Source: an uncultured Actinomycetota bacterium
GTDB lineage: Bacteria; Actinomycetota; Actinomycetes; Actinomycetales; Dermatophilaceae
DNA length: 64,000 nt
Reading direction: 5' to 3'
Assembly (NCBI GenBank): GCA_963696105.1
Contig: CAVOIP010000001.1
Span: 376,391-440,390, forward strand
Shown here: positions 9,711-17,867 of the stretch, piece by piece
How the letters are laid out: the number at the start of each line of letters is the position of its first letter
Position numbering within the stretch: position 1 is the first letter of the stretch
The notes under the pieces: generated by a model
Databases searched by the model: none
Told to the model about the DNA's origin: nothing
The model's input: only the letters and a program-made list of their open reading frames with translations
Translations under genes and position numbers: made by a program

Positions 9711-9759
9711 AAGTTTTACGTTAATTACGTTGCTCACAGTGTCGGCGCTGCCCTAGCCT
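9711..9759 (+). promoter_or_regulatory. Candidate whiB7 promoter: AT-rich tract (aagttttacgttaattacg) abutting -35 TTGCTC (9730-9735), 18-nt spacer, -10 TAGCCT (9754-9759)
   Basis: This is one of very few AT-rich stretches in the window. WhiB7 is known to bind, via its AT-hook, an AT-rich site just upstream of the -35 of its own promoter. Confidence 0.5.
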
Positions 9760-9833
9760 GACTCTACGTCCAGCCCAGCGGAACAGGCTTCCGGCTGGGG
9801 CACGCAATGAGCAGACGAGGAGGGGTGGCCCTG

Positions 9834-10076
9834 ATGGAGAACATCACGATGACGAACGCGACGCAGATCCTGCGCGCGGTGTCCGGCTGCCCGCAGGTCG
9901 CCGTCGGCCACCTCGCCGCAGGTTCCCGGGTCCGCGTCCAGGGGATCGCTGTGTCCACGCTCGGCTTCGGCGTGGATCGGTCCATGGTCGTCGCCCCCGC
10001 CCCCGCGTTCTACGCCCCGATCGACAAGTCCGTCCAGGATGTCGCACACCTCCGCCATGGTGGGCCCCCGGTCTAG
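9834..10076 (+). CDS. Upstream ORF (80 codons) in the whiB7 leader
   Basis: ATG at 9834 is preceded by GAGGAGG. About 90% of third positions are G/C by my hand count, which is coding-like. The stop at 10074-10076 lies 24 nt before the attenuator hairpin. An in-frame ATG at 9807 is also possible. Confidence 0.55.
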   Translation: MENITMTNATQILRAVSGCPQVAVGHLAAGSRVRVQGIAVSTLGFGVDRSMVVAPAPAFYAPIDKSVQDVAHLRHGGPPV

Positions 10077-10100
10077 CAGCACCAGACCAGGTCACCTCCA

Positions 10101-10143
10101 GGCCGCGGAACCCGACATCCGGGATCCGCGGCCTTTGTGTTGT
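10101..10143 (+). terminator. Intrinsic terminator / attenuator in the whiB7 leader
   Basis: GGCCGCGGA-a-CCCG-acatc-CGGG-a-TCCGCGGCC is followed by TTTGTGTTGT. It sits about 160 nt upstream of the whiB7 ATG. Confidence 0.7.
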
Positions 10144-10300
10144 CCGGGGCGAGACGCCTCAGGAACACCACACACGAACTGGTTGCCAGATGAACCGAAC
10201 ACCAGCCGGACGCCTCCGCACAGGGGCGCGAGGCGCCGAGATGACACGCCAGAGAACACCCCGCCCGACCGGCGGGGGCAATCCGAAGGAGGTGACACCG

Positions 10301-10588
10301 ATGCAGCTCACCGCACTGCTCGACCTCAACGACCAGGCCGGCACCTCCGGCGCTGACATCCCGTGTCGGGAGTACGACGCCGAGCTGTGGTTCGCCGAGA
10401 GCCCGGCCGATGTCGAGTTCGCCAAGTCCCTGTGCGGACAGTGCCCGGCACGGACCCAGTGCCTGGCCGGTGCCCTCGACCGCCAGGAGCCGTGGGGCGT
10501 CTGGGGAGGCCAGCTCCTGATCCAGGGAGTCGTCGTCGCACGCAAACGTCCGCGTGGTCGCCCCCGCAAGAACCCGGTTGCCGCGTGA
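10301..10588 (+). CDS. whiB7: WhiB-family transcription factor WhiB7 (Fe-S cluster cysteines + C-terminal AT-hook)
   Basis: 95 aa with C..x..CGQCPARTQC, the WGVWGG turn, and the AT-hook RKRPRGRPRKNP. A GAAGGAGG RBS precedes the ATG at 10301. Confidence 0.9.
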   Translation: MQLTALLDLNDQAGTSGADIPCREYDAELWFAESPADVEFAKSLCGQCPARTQCLAGALDRQEPWGVWGGQLLIQGVVVARKRPRGRPRKNPVAA

Positions 10589-10695
10589 TGGGTCCGCTTT
10601 CCAGCACGCAGGTTCGCACCGCAGGCCAGGTTGACCAAGCCCTGCGGGTCACGCTCAAGCATTGCCAAAGTCTCGTGTTACCAAGGAGATTCACC

Positions 10696-10839
10696 ATGTA
10701 TCAAGTCATGCACGAAGAGCTCGCTCGCGCACGAGTGCAGGAGCGACTGAGCGTCGGACGGCCGAGGAACACCCGCAGGAGCTCGCTGCGGATCGCCCTC
10801 GAGGCTCGGGTCCGGCGCAGCCAGCACCAGCAGCGGTGA
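10696..10839 (+). CDS. Small hypothetical protein (47 aa, Arg-rich)
   Basis: AAGGAGA RBS lies 6 nt before the ATG. Product is MYQVMHEELARARVQERL.... GC3 is only ~80% and I recognise no family. Confidence 0.35.
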   Translation: MYQVMHEELARARVQERLSVGRPRNTRRSSLRIALEARVRRSQHQQR

Positions 10840-10986
10840 CGCCCTCCCGGCACACCGGTGCATCCCTGAGGCGGGGGACGTGTCGACCCTTCGGGGTCGG
10901 GCGTCCTCCGCCTCCGCCGTGTCGGGGCCCGTCCGTCGGCGGTGTCCCTCTGCGGGCGAGGCGGGTAGGGCTCTAGAGTCGGCCCG

Positions 10987-12510
10987 GTGAGCGCTCAGCC
11001 AGCCGCCGGTCCTGCGGACCCCCGCAGTGCGGCCATCGGGGCCCTGACCGACCCGGCCCTGCGCGACATCGTCGACCTCGTGCTCTGGGTGGAGGATGAC
11101 GACGACCGCCGGGTGGCGTGCGCGGCCAGCTCGCTCGGCCGGGTGCGGCTGCACCCCGGCGGTGTGCACGAGGTGCTCGAGGGCATCGACCCGGTCGTCA
11201 GCGAGGACCCGATGGCCTTCCTTCCGTACGACCGTGAGGTGGCGGCGCCCGGGCCGCGCAGCTCGGTCCAGAACGCCTACCCGTACGCCGCCGAGCGGAT
11301 CCTGTCGCTGTTCGCCGACCCGACCCGCAGCCCCGACCTCGCCGTCGTGCACACCCCGCGGCACTGGTTCCCCGACGAGGGTGGCCACGTCGGGGAGCAC
11401 GGCTCGCTCGACGTCGTCCAGTCACGCGCACCACTGGTCCTGAGCGGGGCGGGAGTGCGCCGGCTCGGGTTCGTCGACAGCCACGCCCGGCTCGTGGATG
11501 TGGGCCCGACCCTCGCGACGATGGCCGGCGTCGCCGAGCCGGCGCTGCGCGACGGAAAGGGCCATGCGCTGGACGGTGCCCCGCTCACGTCGTACCTGCA
11601 GGGCGGCGCTCCTGCGCGGCGGCGGGTGGTGGGCATCCTCTGGGACGGTGCCCACTGCGGCGAGCTGCTGCACCTGGCCGAGACCGGGGAGCTGCCGGCC
11701 GTGCGCCGGCTGATCGACGCGGGCCTGGCGTTGCGCGGCGGCGCGGTCGCGGAGTTCCCCAGCATCACCTTGACCAACCACACGACGATCCTCACCGGGC
11801 TCGGGCCCGGGCGGCACGGGGTGCTGGGCAACGTCTTCTACGACCGGGCGACCGGCGAGCGTGTCGTACCGAACGACGCCTCGACCTGGCACCGCAGCGC
11901 CGAGTGGTTGCGCCCCGCGGTCCGCACGCTCTTCGAGATGGTCAACGACGCGGTGCCGGCTGGCACCGCGCCGCGCACCGCCTGCGTCGACGAGCCGGTG
12001 GACCGTGGGGCGGACTACTCGACGATGGGCCTGGTCCGCGCCAGCGAGAGCAGCAGGGGCGCCGCCGGGCTCGACGAGCTGCTGCCGGACCCGCGCGCCT
12101 CGGCGCACCTCCGCACGCCCGCGCACCTGGAGGACGCGTACTACGCCTGGTGCACCCGGGTCGACGACGTCGGGCTGCAGCAGATGCTCCAGCTGTGGGA
12201 GAGCGCCGAGACGGCCCCCACGCTCACGTGGTGGTCCAACGTCGTCACCGACGGCGGTCACCACGCCGGCGGGCCCCGGTCGGACATCGCCCGCGACTCG
12301 CTGCGTGACGCCGATGCACGGCTGGGCACGTTCCTGGACCACCTGGACGGCCTCGGGGTCATCGACGAGGTGACCTTTCTGCTCACGGCTGACCACGGGT
12401 TCGAGCGCGCCGACCCCGAGGTCACCGGCTCGTGGCGACCCGCCCTCGACGCGCTCGGGATCCGTTACCGCGACGAGGGTCCCGGTCTGGTCTACCTGCT
12501 CGACGAGTGA
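10987..12510 (+). CDS. Alkaline phosphatase superfamily protein (nucleotide pyrophosphatase/phosphodiesterase-like)
   Basis: 507 aa with a GTG start. Motifs FPSITLTNHTTILTGLGPGRHGVLGN and LLTADHGFE are characteristic of type I phosphodiesterase/NPP enzymes. Confidence 0.7.
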   Translation: MSAQPAAGPADPRSAAIGALTDPALRDIVDLVLWVEDDDDRRVACAASSLGRVRLHPGGVHEVLEGIDPVVSEDPMAFLPYDREVAAPGPRSSVQNAYPYAAERILSLFADPTRSPDLAVVHTPRHWFPDEGGHVGEHGSLDVVQSRAPLVLSGAGVRRLGFVDSHARLVDVGPTLATMAGVAEPALRDGKGHALDGAPLTSYLQGGAPARRRVVGILWDGAHCGELLHLAETGELPAVRRLIDAGLALRGGAVAEFPSITLTNHTTILTGLGPGRHGVLGNVFYDRATGERVVPNDASTWHRSAEWLRPAVRTLFEMVNDAVPAGTAPRTACVDEPVDRGADYSTMGLVRASESSRGAAGLDELLPDPRASAHLRTPAHLEDAYYAWCTRVDDVGLQQMLQLWESAETAPTLTWWSNVVTDGGHHAGGPRSDIARDSLRDADARLGTFLDHLDGLGVIDEVTFLLTADHGFERADPEVTGSWRPALDALGIRYRDEGPGLVYLLDE

Positions 12511-12516
12511 GCGTTC

Positions 12517-12825
12517 GTGGGGGTTCGTCGCCGCCCCGAGCGGACGGGGCCGGAGTCCGGGCGGGAGGTGCAGGATGGGGTCGTGGCCGCATTCCCGGAG
12601 GACCTGGTCTGTACGACGTGTGGCGCGACCGTCCTCGCGGGCGCGGACCTGAACGCGAACACGGGCGCTCCGCCCGGCACCGCCGCTGACGCCGACCCCG
12701 TGGCAACCGCCCGCCTCACGTGGACCCGTGGCACGGAGCGGGGGAAGGTGGTGTGGACCTGCGACCGGTGCAGCCGCGAGCACCTGCGCAGCATCGAGGC
12801 CAAGCTCGACCAGACCTGGTGGTGA
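12517..12825 (+). CDS. Conserved small hypothetical protein with CxxC...CxxC (zinc-ribbon-like), C-terminus ..HLRSIEAKLDQTWW
   Basis: High-GC3 ORF containing CTTCG and CDRC pairs. The start codon is uncertain (GTG 12517 or an internal site). Confidence 0.55.
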   Translation: MGVRRRPERTGPESGREVQDGVVAAFPEDLVCTTCGATVLAGADLNANTGAPPGTAADADPVATARLTWTRGTERGKVVWTCDRCSREHLRSIEAKLDQTWW

Positions 12826-12913
12826 CGGGCCCGGCTGCACGGGTGCGGCGACCCGTCACCTGCCGCACGGGCGCGGCAATTCCTCGGCTGCCGCACGGAC
12901 CGGGAGCGACCCG

Positions 12914-14254
12914 TCAGCTGTCGAGCTGGGGCAGGTCCGCCTCGGGCAGCCAGGCGCTGACCGTCGCCCGGCCCGCGACGGTGCCCTCGATCTGGCACAG
13001 GACGCCGATCCCGCCCAGCCAGACCCGGTGGATCAGCAGGTACGTCGGGCGGCAGGTTGAGCTTCAGGCCGACCGTGCCACTGCGGCCGGCGCGGGTCGT
13101 TGAGGTGACCGAACAGCCCACGCAGCCACGCCCGGGTGAAGCGTGAAGGTCGTCGGCGCGCAGCGGGTCGAGGAACGGCCCGAGGTAGTCCAGCAGCGCC
13201 TCGGCGTCGACGTCGATGCTGGGCTTGACGAAGCCCTCCTCGCGCAGCCCGTCGACCACGCGCCTCGGCGTCGCCCTTCAGCGCCAGGGTCGAGCAGCCG
13301 TCCCATCGCCGGGGCAGTCCGTCGGGCAGCCGGTTGACCGCGCCGAAGTCGAGGACGCCGAGCCGGCCGTCCGGGAGCAGCCGGAAGTTGCCCGGGTGCG
13401 GGTCGGCGTGCAGCAGCCCGCTCGCTGCGGACCGGCCAGCAGGAACTCCAGGTAGCGCGCGGCGGCCGCGTCGCGCTCCTCCGGGCGTGCCCCGAGGCGA
13501 TGATCGCCGGACAGCGGCACGCCGTCCAGCCACTCGCTGACGATGACGCTGCTCGCTCTGGTGCGACCACCTGGCGGGATGGCGAAGTCGGGGTCGCCCG
13601 CGAAGGCCTCGGCGAACTGCCGCTGTGAGCTCGGCCTCGAGGCCGTAGTCGAGCTCCTCGGCGACCCGGCTGCTTGAGCTCGTCCATGATCGGCTTGATG
13701 TCCAGGCCGGGGATCCAGCCGGCCGAGACCCGGGCCACCCGCGACACCTGGTTGAGGTCGCGACCAGCGCCTGCCCGGCCCCGGGGTACTGCACCTTCAC
13801 GGCGACGTCGCGGCCGTCGCTGCCAGACGGCCCGGTGCACCTGCCCGATCGACGCGGCGGCGGCGGGGGTGTCGTCGAAGGAGCGCGAACTTGCGGCGCC
13901 AGCGCGGGCCGAGCTCGTCGGCCAGGACCCGGTGCACGGTCGAGGTCGGCATCGGCGGCGCCGCGTCCTGCAGCTTGGTCAGCGTCGCGCGGTACGGGCC
14001 GGCCAGCTCCTCGGGCAGCGCGGCCTCGAAGATGCGACATGGCCTGGCCGAACTTCATCGCGCCGCCCTTGAGCTCGCCCAGCACCTTGAAGATCTGCTC
14101 GGCGGTCCGGGCCTGCACCTCGGCGGCCACCAGCTCGGCCGGGCGTGCCGCCGACCCGCTTGCCGAGGCCGAGCGCTGTGCGCCCGGCGAAGCCGAGCGG
14201 GAGCGTGGCGAGCTTCGCCGTGCGGGTGACGGCCTTGCGGGGGAGTTCGGTCAC
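12914..14254 (-). pseudogene. ABC1/UbiB-family atypical kinase, reading frame broken by at least eight frameshifts
   Basis: Family-typical segments are spread over all three minus frames. Examples: [15 protein letters not shown]; [23 protein letters not shown]; IGQVHRAVW; [15 protein letters not shown]; [15 protein letters not shown]; [12 protein letters not shown]; [11 protein letters not shown]; [27 protein letters not shown]; [22 protein letters not shown]. The GTG start overlaps the upstream stop (GTGA). Confidence 0.8.
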
Positions 14255-15234
14255 CCGGCCATTGTGTCCTGCGAGCCGGAGCAGCCGCACAGCGGATGGG
14301 CAGGCCAGTGCCGCTGCGCCACCCGCGGCCACGGCAGGGACACCTCCAGCGACACCCCGTGCGGCACGTGCTGCCCGTCCAGCGCGGTGTGCACGACCAT
14401 GGCGCAGAGGCCCGCCGCCATCGCGGTCAGCGTGGTCTCGGGAGTGACCGGGCGCGCCGGCAGGCCGGGCCCCGGGCGTGCCAGCTGCGACAGCAGCGCC
14501 GGCCACGCGGGGTCGCGGTCGCAGCGGTGCAGGTCCAGGCAGCGCAGGCACGGTCCGCGGCCGGGGACGACCAGCGGCCCGACGAGGACCCGGTGCCCCT
14601 GCAGAACGACCGGCAGCTGGGCCACCGCGCGCCGCAGCCAGGGCGCGCCGGTCTCGGAGGCCAGCGCCCCGGTCGCGGTCAGGACCACCAGCTGGGGCAC
14701 CCGGGCGGCGGGGTCGTGGCGCAGGTCGAGGTCCAGCGCCTCCGCGGCCACCGGGCCGGCGTCGACCCGGCCGACCCCGCCGGCCCGCAGCAGCGAAGAG
14801 AGGGTCTGCGGAAGGGCTCCCTCGCCGCTGACGACGACGTGCTGACGCCGCCGGGCCGCGAGCAGCGCGTAACCGTCGCCGGGCAGCCGGTACGCGGCCG
14901 TCAGGGCGTCCGCGTCGGGGCGCAGGGCCGCGCGCCAGGCCTCGCCGAGGTCACCCAGGAAGGCGCGGTCGGTCGGCACGTCGATCAGCAGGTGCCGTTC
15001 GCGCAGCGCCTGCAGCAGCCCCGACACCCGCGCCGGCGCGACGCCGGTCCGTGCGGCCAGGGCGTCCAGGGCCGGCAGGTCCAGGCTGCCGTCCAGCCGC
15101 GCGACCAGCGCCATCTCGGCCTCGCTCAGTCCCTCGAGGACGACGCCGGCGTCGCTGGCCATGCCCACCTGCAGCGCGCCGCGTCCCCGCCGCAGGACCT
15201 GCGCGTGCGGCTTGAGCCGGGGTCGGGCCGCCAT
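14251..15234 (-). CDS. E1-like / cyclodehydratase-docking (ThiF-like, TOMM-type) domain protein of unknown function
   Basis: 327 aa with an AGGAGGGAG RBS before the ATG at 15234. Features include a degenerate Rossmann segment VVVSGEGALPQTLSSLLRAGGVGRV and PGRGPCLRCLDLHR. The family assignment is from memory of Rv3196-type proteins. Confidence 0.55.
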   Translation of the reverse strand: MAARPRLKPHAQVLRRGRGALQVGMASDAGVVLEGLSEAEMALVARLDGSLDLPALDALAARTGVAPARVSGLLQALRERHLLIDVPTDRAFLGDLGEAWRAALRPDADALTAAYRLPGDGYALLAARRRQHVVVSGEGALPQTLSSLLRAGGVGRVDAGPVAAEALDLDLRHDPAARVPQLVVLTATGALASETGAPWLRRAVAQLPVVLQGHRVLVGPLVVPGRGPCLRCLDLHRCDRDPAWPALLSQLARPGPGLPARPVTPETTLTAMAAGLCAMVVHTALDGQHVPHGVSLEVSLPWPRVAQRHWPAHPLCGCSGSQDTMAG

Positions 15235-15401
15235 ACGGCTCCCTCCTGTGCACGTCTGGGCAGCGGGTGCAGGAGGGCGACTCTGGCACGCAGCGAGCCG
15301 CGGGCGGACGCCGTCATCCACAGGGCGCGTGCGCCCCGGGGCAGAACAAAGGGCGGGACCCGAGCCGTGCTCGTGGTCCCGCCCTGTGGCTGTTCGGTCG
15401 A

Positions 15402-15575
15402 TCAGGCCTTGCCGAGGATGCGGTTGAGGTTGGTGCCGCACACGGGGCAGGAACCCTTGGCCATGCGCCGGCCGTTCGTCTCGACGACCCGGCCCTCGGC
15501 CTCGCGCTTCTCCTTGCACTTCACGCAGTAGAAGTCGCCCTTGTAGGTCTCGCCAGTCTCTACGGACTCAGCCAT
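15402..15575 (-). CDS. DUF5679-type small zinc-ribbon protein
   Basis: 57 aa: MAESVETGETYKGDFYCVKCKEKREAEG..RRMAKGSCPVCGTNLNRILGKA. AAGGAGA RBS is present. It contains two CxxC pairs. Confidence 0.75.
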   Translation of the reverse strand: MAESVETGETYKGDFYCVKCKEKREAEGRVVETNGRRMAKGSCPVCGTNLNRILGKA

Positions 15576-15707
15576 TACGTCTGTCTCCTTGTCGTTGCTG
15601 CCGCCCATGCGGCCACGGACTCATTTCAGCCTAGACCAGGCTGAGCACGACATGCCGCATTCGCGCGCCTGGGCGCACCGTGGGTCGTGCCCACCTAGGC
15701 TCCCGCC

Positions 15708-16532
15708 ATGACCGGGACGAGCTGGTGGCAGACACCCTACGAGGACCTGGCCGTGGGCGTGCAGGAGGCCTCCGGACGGCGCGTCGCGGTGGTGCGGTTC
15801 GACCTGCCGGAGCGCCGCAACGCCATGACCGGGCCGATGACCGCCTCCTGGGTGGCGCTGATGACGGCGCTGCGCGAGGACCCGGAGCTGGCTGCGGTGG
15901 TGGTCACCGGCACGGGGCCGGCGTTCAACGCCGGTGGGGACCTGTCCTGGATCCTCGGCGACCGCGACGCCACGGCGCCGCAGCTGCGCCGCCGGATGCT
16001 GGCGTTCTACCGCGACTGGCTGACCGTCCGCGACCTGGAGGTGCCGACCATCGCGGCGGTCAACGGGAGCGCGATCGGGGCCGGCTTCGCCGTCGCGCTC
16101 GCCTGCGACATCCGGTACGTCGCCACGACGGCCCGGATGGGCGTCCCGTTCACCTCCTTGGGCCTGCACCCCGGTATGGCGACCACCTGGTCACTGCCCG
16201 AGGTCGCCGGCGTCGCCGTGGCCCGCGACCTGCTGCTGACCGGCCGCATCGTGGACGGTGAGGAGGCCGTCCGGCTGGGCCTGGCCTCCAGAGCCGTCCC
16301 GGCGGCGCGCCTCCTGGACGAAGCCCTCGCCGCCGCCGAGCGCGTGGCGGCCGCAGCCCCGGTGGCCACGGCCCTGACGGTCGCAGCCTTGCGGGACGGC
16401 GGCCACGCCACGTTCGAGGACGCCCTGCGCTGGGAGGGGCTGGCGCAGGCGGTCACGCTGACGACGCAGGACGTCCGCGAGGGCATCGGCGCCGCATCCG
16501 AGCGGCGCCCGCCGACGTTCACGGGCCGCTGA
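15708..16532 (+). CDS. Enoyl-CoA hydratase/isomerase (crotonase) family protein
   Basis: RFDLPERRNAM, VVTGTGPAFNAGGDL and AAVNGSAIGAGFAVALACDIR are typical crotonase-fold motifs. Confidence 0.8.
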   Translation: MTGTSWWQTPYEDLAVGVQEASGRRVAVVRFDLPERRNAMTGPMTASWVALMTALREDPELAAVVVTGTGPAFNAGGDLSWILGDRDATAPQLRRRMLAFYRDWLTVRDLEVPTIAAVNGSAIGAGFAVALACDIRYVATTARMGVPFTSLGLHPGMATTWSLPEVAGVAVARDLLLTGRIVDGEEAVRLGLASRAVPAARLLDEALAAAERVAAAAPVATALTVAALRDGGHATFEDALRWEGLAQAVTLTTQDVREGIGAASERRPPTFTGR

Positions 16533-16671
16533 GCACGCGGTTCCCGGTTGGGAGGGGACCGGAGCCGCGCGGGCGCGGCGACGAAGCCGGGGCAGGAGCC
16601 GGGGCAGGAGCAGGGCAACTCGCTGTGGAAGACGCGTGCCGATATCCTGCCCCGTGACATAGGTTCGCCTC

Positions 16672-17253
16672 GTGAGCCCCGAATCGATCGAGGTGCGGCG
16701 CAGCAGGCGCCGGCGACGCACCGTCAGCGCCTACCGCGACGGCGGCCGCACGATCGTGCTCATCCCCGCCGGCTTCAGCGCCTCCGAGGAGAAGCACTGG
16801 GTCGACACCATGCTGCGCAAGCTCGAGGCCGGTGACCGGCGGCGGCGCCCCAGCGACGACCAGCTCGCCGAGCGCGCCGCCGAGCTGTCCCAGCGCCACC
16901 TCGGCGGCCTCGCCAGGCCCTCCAGCATCGTCTGGTCGACGAACCAGAACTCGCGGTGGGGGTCCTGCACACCCTCCGACGGCTCGATCCGCATCTCGGC
17001 GCGGGTCAAGGGGATGCCCTCCTGGGTGCTGGACTACGTGATCATGCACGAGCTGGCACACCTGCTGCAGCCCAGCCACGGCCGCGACTTCTGGGCGCTG
17101 CTGGAGAGCTACCCCCGCACCGAGCGCGCCCGGGGCTACCTCGAGGGCGTCGTGGCCGCCCAGGCCCTCGGCCCGTTGGGCGCGGGGACGGACGCCGACG
17201 AGCCCCTGGCCGACGACGTCGAGGGACCGCCGGCTCAGCCCAGCGCCAGCTGA
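16672..17253 (+). CDS. M48/YgjP-like (DUF45) metal-dependent hydrolase
   Basis: WGSCTPSDGSIRIS and YVIMHELAHLLQPSHGRDFW (HExxH) are present. Start is GTG. The 3' end overlaps the convergent Nudix gene by 19 nt. Confidence 0.7.
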   Translation: MSPESIEVRRSRRRRRTVSAYRDGGRTIVLIPAGFSASEEKHWVDTMLRKLEAGDRRRRPSDDQLAERAAELSQRHLGGLARPSSIVWSTNQNSRWGSCTPSDGSIRISARVKGMPSWVLDYVIMHELAHLLQPSHGRDFWALLESYPRTERARGYLEGVVAAQALGPLGAGTDADEPLADDVEGPPAQPSAS

Positions 17254-17867
17254 CGGCGCGCCGCCGCGACGAGCCTGCCCAGGTCCGCCCCCGCGGTGTC
17301 AGGGAGCCGCCCGACCGGCCACCAGCGCACGTCGAGGGACTCCTCGCTGACGACGTGCCGGGCGCCCTCGGGAGCCACGGCGGCGAAGCGCAGGTCCAGG
17401 TGCTCACGGCACCGGCCGAAGGACCCCACCAGGGTGTGCCGGTCGAGCTCGACGAGCTCGGGCGACACGACCAGGTCGCCGATCCCCGACTCCTCCCGGG
17501 CCTCGCGGGTCGCCGCCGCGTGCGGGTCGACGTCGGCGGGCTCGTAGTGGCCGCCGAACTGGAACCACGCCCCGGCCTTGCGGTGCAGGGTGAGAAGCAC
17601 GTGCTCGCCCGCGGCGTCCAGCACCAGCGCGCTCGCGGTCAGGTGCGCCGGCGGCCCTTGCTTCCACAGCGCGCCGGGCTGGGCCGCCAGGTACGCGAGG
17701 AACTCCAGGCGCCGGGCCTCCTGGACTGCGTCGGGCGCGGTCCAGGACGCCAGCAGCGCCTCGGCGCGGGCGTGCAGCCGTGCGTACGGAGCGGGAACGG
17801 CCACAGCGGCCCCGGAACCGGGTGCTGTGGCGCCGACGTCAGGGTCGGCCGGGGCAGGACCGCTCAC
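17235..17867 (-). CDS. NUDIX hydrolase
   Basis: Contains the Nudix box GGHYEPADVDPHAAATREAREESGI. The GTG start overlaps the upstream stop (GTGA at 17864-17867). Confidence 0.7.
   Translation of the reverse strand: MSGPAPADPDVGATAPGSGAAVAVPAPYARLHARAEALLASWTAPDAVQEARRLEFLAYLAAQPGALWKQGPPAHLTASALVLDAAGEHVLLTLHRKAGAWFQFGGHYEPADVDPHAAATREAREESGIGDLVVSPELVELDRHTLVGSFGRCREHLDLRFAAVAPEGARHVVSEESLDVRWWPVGRLPDTAGADLGRLVAAARRQLALG

Noticed and set aside
12914-14254. Programmed ribosomal frameshifting as an explanation for the multi-frame genes.
   Set aside because: There are far too many shifts per gene, in both directions. None show slippery heptamers or downstream structures at the junctions I inspected.
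15626-15644. 7-bp-arm inverted repeat TCAGCCT-agacc-AGGCTGA in the DUF5679 / enoyl-CoA hydratase divergent region.
   Set aside because: It is short enough to occur by chance and there is no adjacent regulator gene to link it to. I noted it but did not promote it to a feature.
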